From a virus, in IMG/VR virus record IMGVR_UViG_3300045988_129927: a DNA stretch of 64,000 nt; one strand, written 5' to 3'. The position numbers and the translations under genes were made by a program. Positions 40,578 through 49,011 of this stretch are shown here, one piece after another. The notes under the pieces were generated by a model. That model ran no database searches. It saw only the letters and a program-made list of their open reading frames with translations, and was not told where the DNA came from. The stretch's first letter is position 1; each line of letters starts with the position of its first letter.

Positions 40578-40718
40578 TTAGCGAATAATCGCTAACCAAT
40601 TATCGAATACGTCGTTTTTCGACTGTTCGAATTTTTTAAGTATAGCTTTTTCAGTTTCTGAAAGTTCTATACCGCACAGAACTTTGTTCTGTAGAACTTG
40701 AATTAAACGCATATCCAT
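40578..40718 (-). CDS. small helical protein, paralog B (46 aa, not in ORF track)
   Basis: Sequence MDMRLIQVLQNKVLCGIELSETEKAILKKFEQSKNDVFDNWLAIIR, preceded by CAGAAAGGAGGTGAAAAA-ATG. Shares the pattern MD..(.)LIQ.LQ.K...E.E...L...D.WL with 35444..35593. Confidence 0.55.
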   Translation of the reverse strand: MDMRLIQVLQNKVLCGIELSETEKAILKKFEQSKNDVFDNWLAIIR

Positions 40719-40748
40719 TTTTTCACCTCCTTTCTGCGACATGACTAA

Positions 40749-40795
40749 CCCTCTATTCCTGTTGCTGCAGGAATAGAGGATTGTCGTTTTATGTT
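40749..40795. promoter_or_regulatory. hairpin + TTATGTT box module
   Basis: CCTCTATTCCTG-N6-CAGGAATAGAGG, then ATTGTCGTTTTATGTTAATT on the plus strand. Confidence 0.4.
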
Positions 40796-40924
40796 AATTA
40801 ATAAAATCAAATAGAGAAAGAGTTTAACTCTTTCTCTATTATCACTTAAATAGTATATGTTTAAATTAAACTAAGTAATTTGTTTTATTCATGATGGCTA
40901 TCGATAGCTTCCTCAATAGCCTTT

Positions 40925-41389
40925 TCAATATTCATATTCACGATGATCCTCAATAGCTTTTTTAATGTCGTTTCTACTTATCATTGTACCTGTATTAATT
41001 TTATCTAATACTTCTCTAAGTGCTGTAACACTTTCCTCAGGAATACCTTTTACTTCCATGGATAAAGGTTCTGAACTACCTGGTATATTGTCTAAAAAGA
41101 TATATCTATACTGAGCATCGTTTTTAAACATCTCTAACCACTTATCAAAACAACTACTAATTCTTGGGTTAGGTTTGAAATAAAGTTCTTCTGGTAATAC
41201 CGAAATCATTATCTTATCAATATCGATATCGTCTCCAAATAAATATCGCGTAATAAAACAAGCTTTCCAATAATCAATTAAAAGTTTACCATCTTGTTCT
41301 TTCGGGAACTTCTTAACTAGAAATTTACTAATTGGATTTAATACAAAGATTTCTTCTCGGGTGGGTTCACATAAAATAGTTTTAAACAT
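40925..41389 (-). CDS. hypothetical protein
   Basis: 154-aa ORF with TATAAAGGAAACCAT-ATG. Confidence 0.7.
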   Translation of the reverse strand: MFKTILCEPTREEIFVLNPISKFLVKKFPKEQDGKLLIDYWKACFITRYLFGDDIDIDKIMISVLPEELYFKPNPRISSCFDKWLEMFKNDAQYRYIFLDNIPGSSEPLSMEVKGIPEESVTALREVLDKINTGTMISRNDIKKAIEDHREYEY

Positions 41390-41497
41390 ATGGTTTCCTT
41401 TATAAAAAATAATTAATATACCAACGATTTTTTATAGTAGCTCATTACCTACTTTAATTAGGATAGGGAAAATATCCCTATCCTAATATATCGTATA

Positions 41498-42427
41498 CTA
41501 TACTACCAATTTAAACACCAACATTTTCAAAACCTTTTTACCTTCTTTAGTTTCAAAAATTGGAGTGAGTACCACAACACTGTCTTTATGTGTAAATGTT
41601 GTAGTATTCTTTCTAGAGTACATTTTAACCTTACCAAGCTTTTCAAGTTCATTGTAATGATTCTTGAAAATCAGATATGCTAAACTCTCAGTGTCTGGTT
41701 TAAATTTAGCACCTATATACACATCATCCCGAACCACAGTCATTGAAACAAAACCTTTAGATACCCCGATCTTATGTTTACTTAACTCTTCTTCATGTAA
41801 GTGAGTAAATGTATCAACATCACCTAAATGTTCCATATAGTAATATACAGGTACTTTTTTATTTAGTGTATCTACATCTTCATTATAGAAGAAATGGTTA
41901 AAACCATCTACATCTTCAACTGGGATATTTTCAAGATGTTGTCTATCAATAATACCTTTAGTAGAGTGAAGTGACTTCATTGTGTAGTTATAGGTTTCTC
42001 TGAAAACATTGTTTAAGAATACAATGAATTCCTCTTCTGTTTCAATTTCGTAAAAACTACGTAAGAAATCCTTAAGAGCAACTACGTCATCGTAATATTG
42101 AGGGTGGATTTTACTTGGATTCTGAATATACCAGAAGAATAAAGGGATATATGTAATACTCTGCTTTTTAAAAAGTGTACCTACATTTTTTACCCAATCC
42201 TTATTTTCTGTTTCTTTTACTTGCTCTAAGTAATTAATCCAATCTATCGTTAGTTTAGTAAGGGTACTTAATAACGGTACGCCATTAATACCTTTCACAA
42301 GATTTGGTAATTCATCTTTATGGATGTAATTATCATATAGCGTTGATGCTATAGCTTTTCTTCTTGTGATTTCTGATAATACAATAGCGACACGTTTATA
42401 TCCTAACTCTTTAGTAGTTTTAGCCAT
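41498..42427 (-). CDS. paralog-family protein (fourth member)
   Basis: 309 aa. Contains LTKLTIDWINYLEQVKETENK and LKDFLRSFYEIETEEEF, and ends in KVLKMLVFKLVV, matching the 36074-38355 family. Confidence 0.7.
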   Translation of the reverse strand: MAKTTKELGYKRVAIVLSEITRRKAIASTLYDNYIHKDELPNLVKGINGVPLLSTLTKLTIDWINYLEQVKETENKDWVKNVGTLFKKQSITYIPLFFWYIQNPSKIHPQYYDDVVALKDFLRSFYEIETEEEFIVFLNNVFRETYNYTMKSLHSTKGIIDRQHLENIPVEDVDGFNHFFYNEDVDTLNKKVPVYYYMEHLGDVDTFTHLHEEELSKHKIGVSKGFVSMTVVRDDVYIGAKFKPDTESLAYLIFKNHYNELEKLGKVKMYSRKNTTTFTHKDSVVVLTPIFETKEGKKVLKMLVFKLVV

Positions 42428-42521
42428 TTTAATTTCCTTTTCGGTTAAATATAAAATAAGAAGTTTATTTAAAGTAGCCTTCTTTCACTACTTCATTTAA
42501 ATAATATATGTTTAATAAAAA

Positions 42522-42553
42522 TTAAGATAGAGGTAATTATCCCTCTATCTTAA
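42522..42553 (-). terminator. hairpin after nrdB
   Basis: TTAAGATAGAGG-N8-CCTCTATCTTAA, a 12-bp stem. Confidence 0.6.
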
Positions 42554-42563
42554 TTACCTTACA

Positions 42564-42983
42564 TTAAAGTTCCATATCTAAATCACCATCTTGGATTTGA
42601 GTGTCCACTTGGCTTACAAGATAGGAAGAGATTTCCACTTCTTGTGGTGCTACTTGAACATTGTCTGAAGTCAACCAGGCATTAATCCAAGGAATAGGAT
42701 TACTTTTCACTTCTGGGAAGAGTGGCTCTAATCCTATTGCTTTCATGCGGTGATTGGTAATATACTCAACATATTGACAAAGAATAGCTTCATTCAAGCC
42801 AATCATGCTACCATCTTTAAATAGATACTTAGCCCAATCTTTTTCTTGTTGAGCTGCTTCTTTAAAGATGTTAATACATTCTTCTCTGGTTTCTTCAGCG
42901 ATTTCTTTCCACTCTTTGCCTTCAGCACCAGATGCCAACGTATTGATGATATGTTGAGTAGTAGTTAGGTGAAGTGCTTCATC
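42564..42983 (-). CDS. nrdB: ribonucleotide reductase beta subunit, exon 3
   Basis: Extending the track ORF upstream by 15 codons gives [22 protein letters not shown]...[11 protein letters not shown]...[11 protein letters not shown]...[11 protein letters not shown]. Confidence 0.88.
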   Translation of the reverse strand, partial: DEALHLTTTQHIINTLASGAEGKEWKEIAEETREECINIFKEAAQQEKDWAKYLFKDGSMIGLNEAILCQYVEYITNHRMKAIGLEPLFPEVKSNPIPWINAWLTSDNVQVAPQEVEISSYLVSQVDTQIQDGDLDMEL

Positions 42984-43296
42984 CGAAGCTGTCCACTACG
43001 GTCGTTAATCGTAGCCGGTGTGCTCAAGACACCCGCCCAATATCACTATTGGGGTCAGACTATATCACGATCTATTATTAAAATAGACCCTCTGCGTTTG
43101 GCGGACTAAACGATTGTCCACTACTCTACTTTCTCTAATAAATAATTAGGATTTCGATAGTCGTTAGAGTTTGTCAGTTTAAATAGCATAATTTAAACGT
43201 CTTTACTACGGGATTGTCTATAATAAATATAATAGAGTTTCCCCGTTTAGCAGAGTTATTCGACTACCATCACTGATAGAAGCCGCAATGAAGTTT
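42984..43296 (-). ncRNA. group I intron 2 of nrdB (ORF-less, T4 td-like core)
   Basis: On the minus strand it starts AAACTTCATTGCGG after the exon ...CCGU (P1 is CCGU/GCGG). Contains CTAAACGGGGAAAC...AGACAATCCCGT, CTAACGACTATCG, GATATAGTCTG and GATTAACGACC, and ends in G 16 nt after the last. Confidence 0.8.
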
Positions 43297-43364
43297 ACGG
43301 GAAATTAATTTAATGATTTTAGCATTACCTTCCATGAGTTTACGTTCGGCAAAACTAAAGCTAC
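43297..43364 (-). CDS. nrdB: ribonucleotide reductase beta subunit, exon 2 (68-nt mini-exon)
   Basis: Encodes (C)SFSFAERKLMEGNAKIIKLISR, exactly the R2 segment missing between ...RFYVSFA and DEALHL. Confidence 0.85.
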
Positions 43365-43757
43365 CGTTACATTTAATATGGGTCGTTAGGCCATACAATA
43401 CCTACTTTGAGATATTCCCTATCTTTCAATAGGATACTAGACTATATCACCATCTCCGACATTACTCGGTAAGACTCCCTACTAATTAGTAAGAAGGATA
43501 CATAGAGGTTTTTCAACCACTGTATCTGCTCTCTATTTGGAACTCACTTGAGTCCTACGTCTTTCGACTAGTCGTTGAAGTTTCTACTTTTATTATACAA
43601 AAGTAGCTTACCTGCTGATTACCCAATCTTATTTATTTTCAAACATTCACGCCTGTCGTCACCGACTACGTTGTAGTTAAATAAGCTCTAAGGGATTCCC
43701 AGCAATTAAGAGAGTTTTTTATCTTATTATTTCTAATAAGTTGCGCATAAATTGTTT
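43365..43757 (-). ncRNA. group I intron 1 of nrdB (ORF-less)
   Basis: On the minus strand it starts AAACAATTTATGCGC after the exon ...GCGU (P1 is GCGU/GCGC). Shares long blocks with the nrdA intron (CTCTTAATTGCTGGGAA, TTCAACGACTAGTCGAAAGACGTA, GATATAGTCT, CTAACGACCC). Ends in G 16 nt after TAACGACC. Confidence 0.8.
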
Positions 43758-44448
43758 ACGCAAAAGATACATAGAAACGAATGGCTTCAAGTACATTCAC
43801 CACAAACATACAAAGATAAATCTTCTTCATCAGTTCACGTTTGCTAATTTCAATACGATGGTAAGATTCCATCAGACCATCTTTTGATTGTTTCTTAATT
43901 TCAAAAACACCTTCTCCTAGAAGATTATAATATTGAGAATATTCAATCAAATCATCGTAGTATTGAGAAATTGCACTTGCGCGTTTCTTAATTTCTTCGT
44001 TTACTACAATACTATCAAACTCTTCACTAGGGTCAATCAATACATTACGCATGATGTACGTATAAGAGTAAGAATGGATGCCTTCGAAGGCGGTCCAGAA
44101 TATCGTCCAGTGTTCTAATTCAGGGATAGAAATCAAGGGAAGGAATGCAATGGATGGACTTCTTCCCTGAATTGCATCCAAAAGTGACTGATAATCCAGA
44201 TTACGCAAGAAAATATGCTTCTCATGCTCTGGTAAACCTTCAAAATCGATACGGTCTTTGGACAAATCTATTTCTTCAGGGCGCCAGAAGAACGACTTTT
44301 GCTTTTCTGTTAAATCATTGTATACCTGATACTTAGCTTTATCGTATCGTTGTAAGTTAATAGATTGACCTAAGAACATTGCTTCTTTAGTAGCATCATT
44401 AGGTGTTTGATTAAATACTGAAAATCGTTGTTTTATTTGTTCACTCAT
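43758..44448 (-). CDS. nrdB: ribonucleotide reductase beta subunit, exon 1
   Basis: [15 protein letters not shown] (cf. the iron-ligand EAIHSRSY motif), ending ...[10 protein letters not shown] plus the first base of a Cys codon. The track's stop codon lies in the intron. Confidence 0.9.
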
Positions 44449-44451
44449 TGT

Positions 44452-44535
44452 TTATTCCTTTTCATCAGTTTGTTGTTGATTTTGTTCGGCTTCTTCACCA
44501 AAACGAGGTAATACTTCTTCTACAACTGTACCCAT
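44452..44535 (-). CDS. small acidic peptide (27 aa, not in ORF track)
   Basis: Sequence MGTVVEEVLPRFGEEAEQNQQQTDEKE with the consensus TTAAAGGAAATTATA-ATG. Its stop lies 3 nt before the nrdB ATG. Confidence 0.4.
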   Translation of the reverse strand: MGTVVEEVLPRFGEEAEQNQQQTDEKE

Positions 44536-44555
44536 TATAATTTCCTTTAATTTGT

Positions 44556-45341
44556 TTATTTAAAGATACAACTATGTTTAGCTGTAATCTGACCTTTTTT
44601 AACTTCTATATTTTTATATACTCCCTCTGGGAGTTCTGTACTAGTTAAATAGAAGCTAACTTCATTATCAGATTTATCGTCTTTTAAAAATATAGTAATA
44701 TACGTATAAGGTATTACTCTTTCAATTTTATTTTCATCTAAATTGTAAAGTAACTTAGGTGGACTAAACTTTAAATCATTTACTCTCACCATTGGTGGTT
44801 TGTATTTATAACCAGATACTTTACATATATCAATAAGATTACTTGTATCAAATTCTTGTAAAAACGCCATTTGGTGAATAAAACCCATGTATATGGAATA
44901 ATCATCCGATGGAGGAATATATTCGCTAACATGAACTTTCTCTACTAAATCCATTAGTATTGTAGTATTATAGATAGCTTCTGTATTACTTGATAAAATA
45001 ATATCGTTTTTTACTTTACGTAATCTTTTCATTAAACCAGTAGATAATAAATTATTAAAGTGTATTTTAGATAATAAGTTACCGAGTTTGGAATTAAATG
45101 CTAACTTATTACTGATTAAATAATCACCTTTAATTACTTCATCTAACCCAGGTATAATAAAAGAATAATTGATTTTATTCAAATCTTCTGTATATGGTGA
45201 TTGTTCTATTTTTAAATTATAAGGTTGTTCAGTTAATTCTTTTAAAATATTATCTGACATCCCAGTATAATAACTAACCATTAACTTGTATTTAGACACA
45301 TTTCCTATATCTAAATAAATTTCATTCAGTAAATCGCTCAT
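44556..45341 (-). CDS. hypothetical protein
   Basis: 261-aa ORF with CGAAAGGAATACCAAG-ATG. Confidence 0.75.
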   Translation of the reverse strand: MSDLLNEIYLDIGNVSKYKLMVSYYTGMSDNILKELTEQPYNLKIEQSPYTEDLNKINYSFIIPGLDEVIKGDYLISNKLAFNSKLGNLLSKIHFNNLLSTGLMKRLRKVKNDIILSSNTEAIYNTTILMDLVEKVHVSEYIPPSDDYSIYMGFIHQMAFLQEFDTSNLIDICKVSGYKYKPPMVRVNDLKFSPPKLLYNLDENKIERVIPYTYITIFLKDDKSDNEVSFYLTSTELPEGVYKNIEVKKGQITAKHSCIFK

Positions 45342-45359
45342 CTTGGTATTCCTTTCGTT

Positions 45360-46481
45360 TTATCTAATAAAATCATTAATTACACTGTGTTTAATAACCA
45401 ACTCAATTTCGATGATTCTATCACCAATTACATATTCGATAACTACTCTAGGAACAACTCTAATCTTACCAAAATTATCTATTCCAGTTTTACAACAGAT
45501 AATATTAACTATATTAGATTTACTGATACGTGTTGTCTTCTCGGCCAATCCACTTGAAGATGTTGTAGTCACCCACAATACTGTACCATTACGTTCATGA
45601 CTTAACAATGTTTTAATTGAACCATTATATTTATCAATTAGGTTATCCGATAGTTTAACTGGCACTATATTGTTATCTACTACTTTATCTACAACGTTCA
45701 TTAATTCTTTTAAGCTATGGTTTATTGTATAAAAGCAATCAAACTTAGTCCCTGTAAGCTTTTGTACAGATGGACTGTTTAAATACTTATTAATTTCATC
45801 ACTATTAATCTGTAAAATATAATCACCTAAATATACAAAACTGGATGATTTACAATCGAGGCTAAGTTTATTGAACTTAGTTTCTTCTTTAGAGAATTTC
45901 TTTATCTCTGAAATTTTATTATTACCAATACCCAAAAGACTACCAATAGTATCTACTTGGTTATTCTTTAAGATATGTCTAATCCTTTGATCCCATGTTT
46001 TACATGTTGTATCAGCAATGCTGAAAACAATATTATCAGTAATCCATTTTAAGAGTGAATCAATCTTTTCAGAAATCCCATTGCGATGCAAATCACGAAT
46101 TAAATATTTTAGACTCTCTAATTCTTTAATAAAAATAAAAATACCAGAGAATTCACCAAATACATTATCTACTTCAACAAGATAATCATCTGTATAAGTA
46201 AATTCGTTTTCTTTACCTAGTAATTTATTTAATTTAACTGTAGGAATATTAAAACCTGGGTTTTCTTCAATAACGATGTCTGATGCAACATCTTGATTAG
46301 GGTCGGTATTTGCATTTAAATACTCAATTAAATCTTTTAATTCATGTAGCATTTTAGTATTGTAGTCTGATATATCAGATTCTGTAAATTCGACTAATTT
46401 ACCTTCTACTATACTTTTCTCAATTGACATAAGTTTGAATAACTTAGTGTTATTTAATTTTTCTAAGAAAGTATTTTCCAT
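45360..46481 (-). CDS. hypothetical protein
   Basis: 373-aa ORF. The plus-strand ORF 45343..45600 is antisense noise. Confidence 0.75.
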   Translation of the reverse strand: MENTFLEKLNNTKLFKLMSIEKSIVEGKLVEFTESDISDYNTKMLHELKDLIEYLNANTDPNQDVASDIVIEENPGFNIPTVKLNKLLGKENEFTYTDDYLVEVDNVFGEFSGIFIFIKELESLKYLIRDLHRNGISEKIDSLLKWITDNIVFSIADTTCKTWDQRIRHILKNNQVDTIGSLLGIGNNKISEIKKFSKEETKFNKLSLDCKSSSFVYLGDYILQINSDEINKYLNSPSVQKLTGTKFDCFYTINHSLKELMNVVDKVVDNNIVPVKLSDNLIDKYNGSIKTLLSHERNGTVLWVTTTSSSGLAEKTTRISKSNIVNIICCKTGIDNFGKIRVVPRVVIEYVIGDRIIEIELVIKHSVINDFIR

Positions 46482-46579
46482 TTCGTTACTCCATTTAAAA
46501 TAAAAAATAAAGGTAAGTATACACTGGATTAATCCAGTGTATACTCACTTAATCCATAATATTTTCAACTACTATATTT

Positions 46580-47605
46580 TTAATCAGCGAGAGCTAATTC
46601 GTATACAGTACACGGTAATTCGATATTATCTTCACCTTTTATCTCAACTACAGTAAGTGGTAAATGGCCATAAAAAGTATTTTCTTTCTCACTGTATGCT
46701 TTTATAAGATTAGATGGGATAAAATGATACAACACACCGTCAGAGTGATTAAAAGTAATTTCGATACCGTGTTTCTTTTTACTGTATTTAATAACAATTG
46801 CTCGTTCGTTATTATTCAGTAAGAAATCACGTACATTAGTATCAAAACCAATCAGTGTATTAGTAATACCTTTTTCTTTATCTCCTATTTGTTTAAGTAC
46901 CATTGTTGCTAAAATAGGCATAATTCGATTATCTTCTTTTTTATCTTGGAACGATACAACGAATGTCAAATTACCTTTAATAGTATCGATAATAAATGCA
47001 AGTGTTTTATATTGGTCATCATTTAAATCTAATTTAATAAATTCACCTAGACCAGAAGGAATATATGTTCCGAATAGATTCCTGAGTTTATAGCCACTAT
47101 TACTATCAACATCGTCGATATTAGCTAGTTTTAACTCCTTAGTAGTAAGATAGAACATAGTACAAATATTAACGAACTTCTTATAGTATTCTAAGCGTTC
47201 TAATTTATCTCCCTCGTATAACAGAGCATCTACGATATCTTCTCTAGATGAGCCTTGGTATTCTCTATGTAAACACATAGCGTATATGAATACTTTTCTA
47301 AAGACTTCGTAGTCAATTTTCTCAATACCTAATTTATCAAATGAATTCAATAATTCCATTCCTACTTCGGTATAAGCAAAATGATCGTATTTAGATTTAG
47401 TACTAAACATACCGCCATCTGTAAGGAATCCGGTTCTATCCGATAATTTACTAATGTAAATACGAACCCTATCTTTAAAGTAATAATCGAATTCTAATTT
47501 AAAATCTTTAGAATCAGAAATCTTTTTATAATCTTTAAAAAACTCATTGTACATTTCTTTAATGATTTCAATCATTTCATCGCGTTGTTTTGTATAAATA
47601 ATCAT
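46580..47605 (-). CDS. hypothetical protein
   Basis: 341-aa ORF with TTAAAAGGAAACTAAA-ATG. Confidence 0.75.
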   Translation of the reverse strand: MIIYTKQRDEMIEIIKEMYNEFFKDYKKISDSKDFKLEFDYYFKDRVRIYISKLSDRTGFLTDGGMFSTKSKYDHFAYTEVGMELLNSFDKLGIEKIDYEVFRKVFIYAMCLHREYQGSSREDIVDALLYEGDKLERLEYYKKFVNICTMFYLTTKELKLANIDDVDSNSGYKLRNLFGTYIPSGLGEFIKLDLNDDQYKTLAFIIDTIKGNLTFVVSFQDKKEDNRIMPILATMVLKQIGDKEKGITNTLIGFDTNVRDFLLNNNERAIVIKYSKKKHGIEITFNHSDGVLYHFIPSNLIKAYSEKENTFYGHLPLTVVEIKGEDNIELPCTVYELALAD

Positions 47606-47678
47606 TTTAGTTTCCTTTTAATAAGTGTTAAGAAATAGTGAGAGATATTTAAATATCTCTCACTGTAATGATATATGT

Positions 47679-48716
47679 TTATTCAATATTTAAAAAAGGA
47701 ACATCGGACATTCTACACATTAATTTAATTCCTTGATTATAAGAAAAGTTTTTAATAATGGTATAAGTAATTCCATTTTCCTTTATTTCTGTTGCTTCTA
47801 TATTGTTATCTGGTATACAATATATTCTAGGATTTACTGGGTCATTTACTTTAATAAACCAACTATCTCCTTTACAATCAAACTCTATATAAGCATCAGG
47901 TTTATGTTGAAATAATAAATTTCTAATATCTGTATTTAAATTATATTCTTCATTAACAATTCCTATCTTAGGATTAAGTTTATTTCTGTTTTTAACCCTA
48001 CTTTTTAATTTATTGAGAAAGATAGTTTCTTTATTACTATCTAAGTTTAACTCAATTTCAAATGCTTTTTCTTTATCTGGAAAACCATAATTAGATAATA
48101 TAAATTTACCATTTAACTTATTATCCATCATGCTATCAATATGGAATTTTAACCTATAGCAGCCTTCAAATTTTTCTACATCAAAGTAACCTAAACACAA
48201 TAAGTCTTTAATAAAGTATTCACCACTATGTTCATCTTGCACTAGTTCTCTTTTACGTGAAAAACAATATAAGAAACAGTTTAATTTAAACTCTGCGATT
48301 TCATTAAAATAATTATCTATAACTCTATCACGCAATGCTGTAGGGCTATCGTATTTCGATTCTAAGATTAATAAGAATCCTAAGTTTAATAGTAATTCCT
48401 CTCTATATTGTTCCAGTTCACCATTATGTGTAGTTAATTCTTTCATTAATTTACTTAAACCAATATTAACCATATTGACATATCTTTTATAGGTACTTGG
48501 TTTAATAAAAGAGAATATTCTAGAGAGTTTAGTTTTAATATTTTCGTCAATATAGTCACGATACATCTCTATATGGTACACACCAGGATAATTAGGTGCT
48601 TCCATTAACTTTAGGTAACTATTATATTCTTTTAAATAGTTATCTCTAATTTTAGTAATTACTTCTGAACTATTTACTAAGTCCTCTAATATATTTGTGC
48701 TTTCTTTAAATATCAT
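47679..48716 (-). CDS. hypothetical protein
   Basis: 345-aa ORF with TTTAAGGAGCACGAA-ATG. Confidence 0.75.
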   Translation of the reverse strand: MIFKESTNILEDLVNSSEVITKIRDNYLKEYNSYLKLMEAPNYPGVYHIEMYRDYIDENIKTKLSRIFSFIKPSTYKRYVNMVNIGLSKLMKELTTHNGELEQYREELLLNLGFLLILESKYDSPTALRDRVIDNYFNEIAEFKLNCFLYCFSRKRELVQDEHSGEYFIKDLLCLGYFDVEKFEGCYRLKFHIDSMMDNKLNGKFILSNYGFPDKEKAFEIELNLDSNKETIFLNKLKSRVKNRNKLNPKIGIVNEEYNLNTDIRNLLFQHKPDAYIEFDCKGDSWFIKVNDPVNPRIYCIPDNNIEATEIKENGITYTIIKNFSYNQGIKLMCRMSDVPFLNIE

Positions 48717-48804
48717 TTCGTGCTCCTTAAAAATAAGTTAATATAAAAAGTAATATAAAGAGATATGGTGTAACCCATATCTCTTTATTAACTGTAAAAT
48801 TATA

Positions 48805-48891
48805 CTAAAGATCGATAACACATGTACCGATAAATGCTACAAAAGTCAGTACCAGTGAAGATACTAACGTAATGTTTGCTATTAATTCCAT
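48805..48891 (-). CDS. small hydrophobic peptide (28 aa, not in ORF track)
   Basis: Sequence MELIANITLVSSLVLTFVAFIGTCVIDL, a single TM-like segment, with TAAAGGATTTTTTAAG-ATG. Confidence 0.45.
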   Translation of the reverse strand: MELIANITLVSSLVLTFVAFIGTCVIDL

Positions 48892-48904
48892 CTTAAAAAA
48901 TCCT

Positions 48905-48982
48905 TTATGGTAATTTACACAAAATAGTCCAAATAACACCTATGGCTAAAACCAACAGGATACTGATGATAAAATTAAACAT
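48905..48982 (-). CDS. small hydrophobic peptide (25 aa, not in ORF track)
   Basis: Sequence MFNFIISILLVLAIGVIWTILCKLP, a single TM-like segment. The RBS is weak (GGAACACAGTATA-ATG). Starts 29 nt after the upstream stop. Confidence 0.35.
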   Translation of the reverse strand: MFNFIISILLVLAIGVIWTILCKLP

Positions 48983-49011
48983 TATACTGTGTTCCAATTT
49001 ATTGTCCTTTT

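Noticed and set aside
40884-40935. A 16-codon ORF (MNIEKAIEEAIDSHHE) overlapping the 3' end of 40925..41389.
   Set aside because: It is too short and has no independent support. It was noted only because of its ATGA-type overlap.
42939-43755. A single ~0.8-kb intron, or an intron with a degraded homing endonuclease gene, between the two nrdB ORFs.
   Set aside because: The interval contains an in-frame 68-nt segment encoding the missing R2 residues (SFSFAERKLMEGNAKIIKLISR). It is flanked by two separate intron-like units, each with its own P1 pairing and terminal G. No ORF of any length with an RBS is present.
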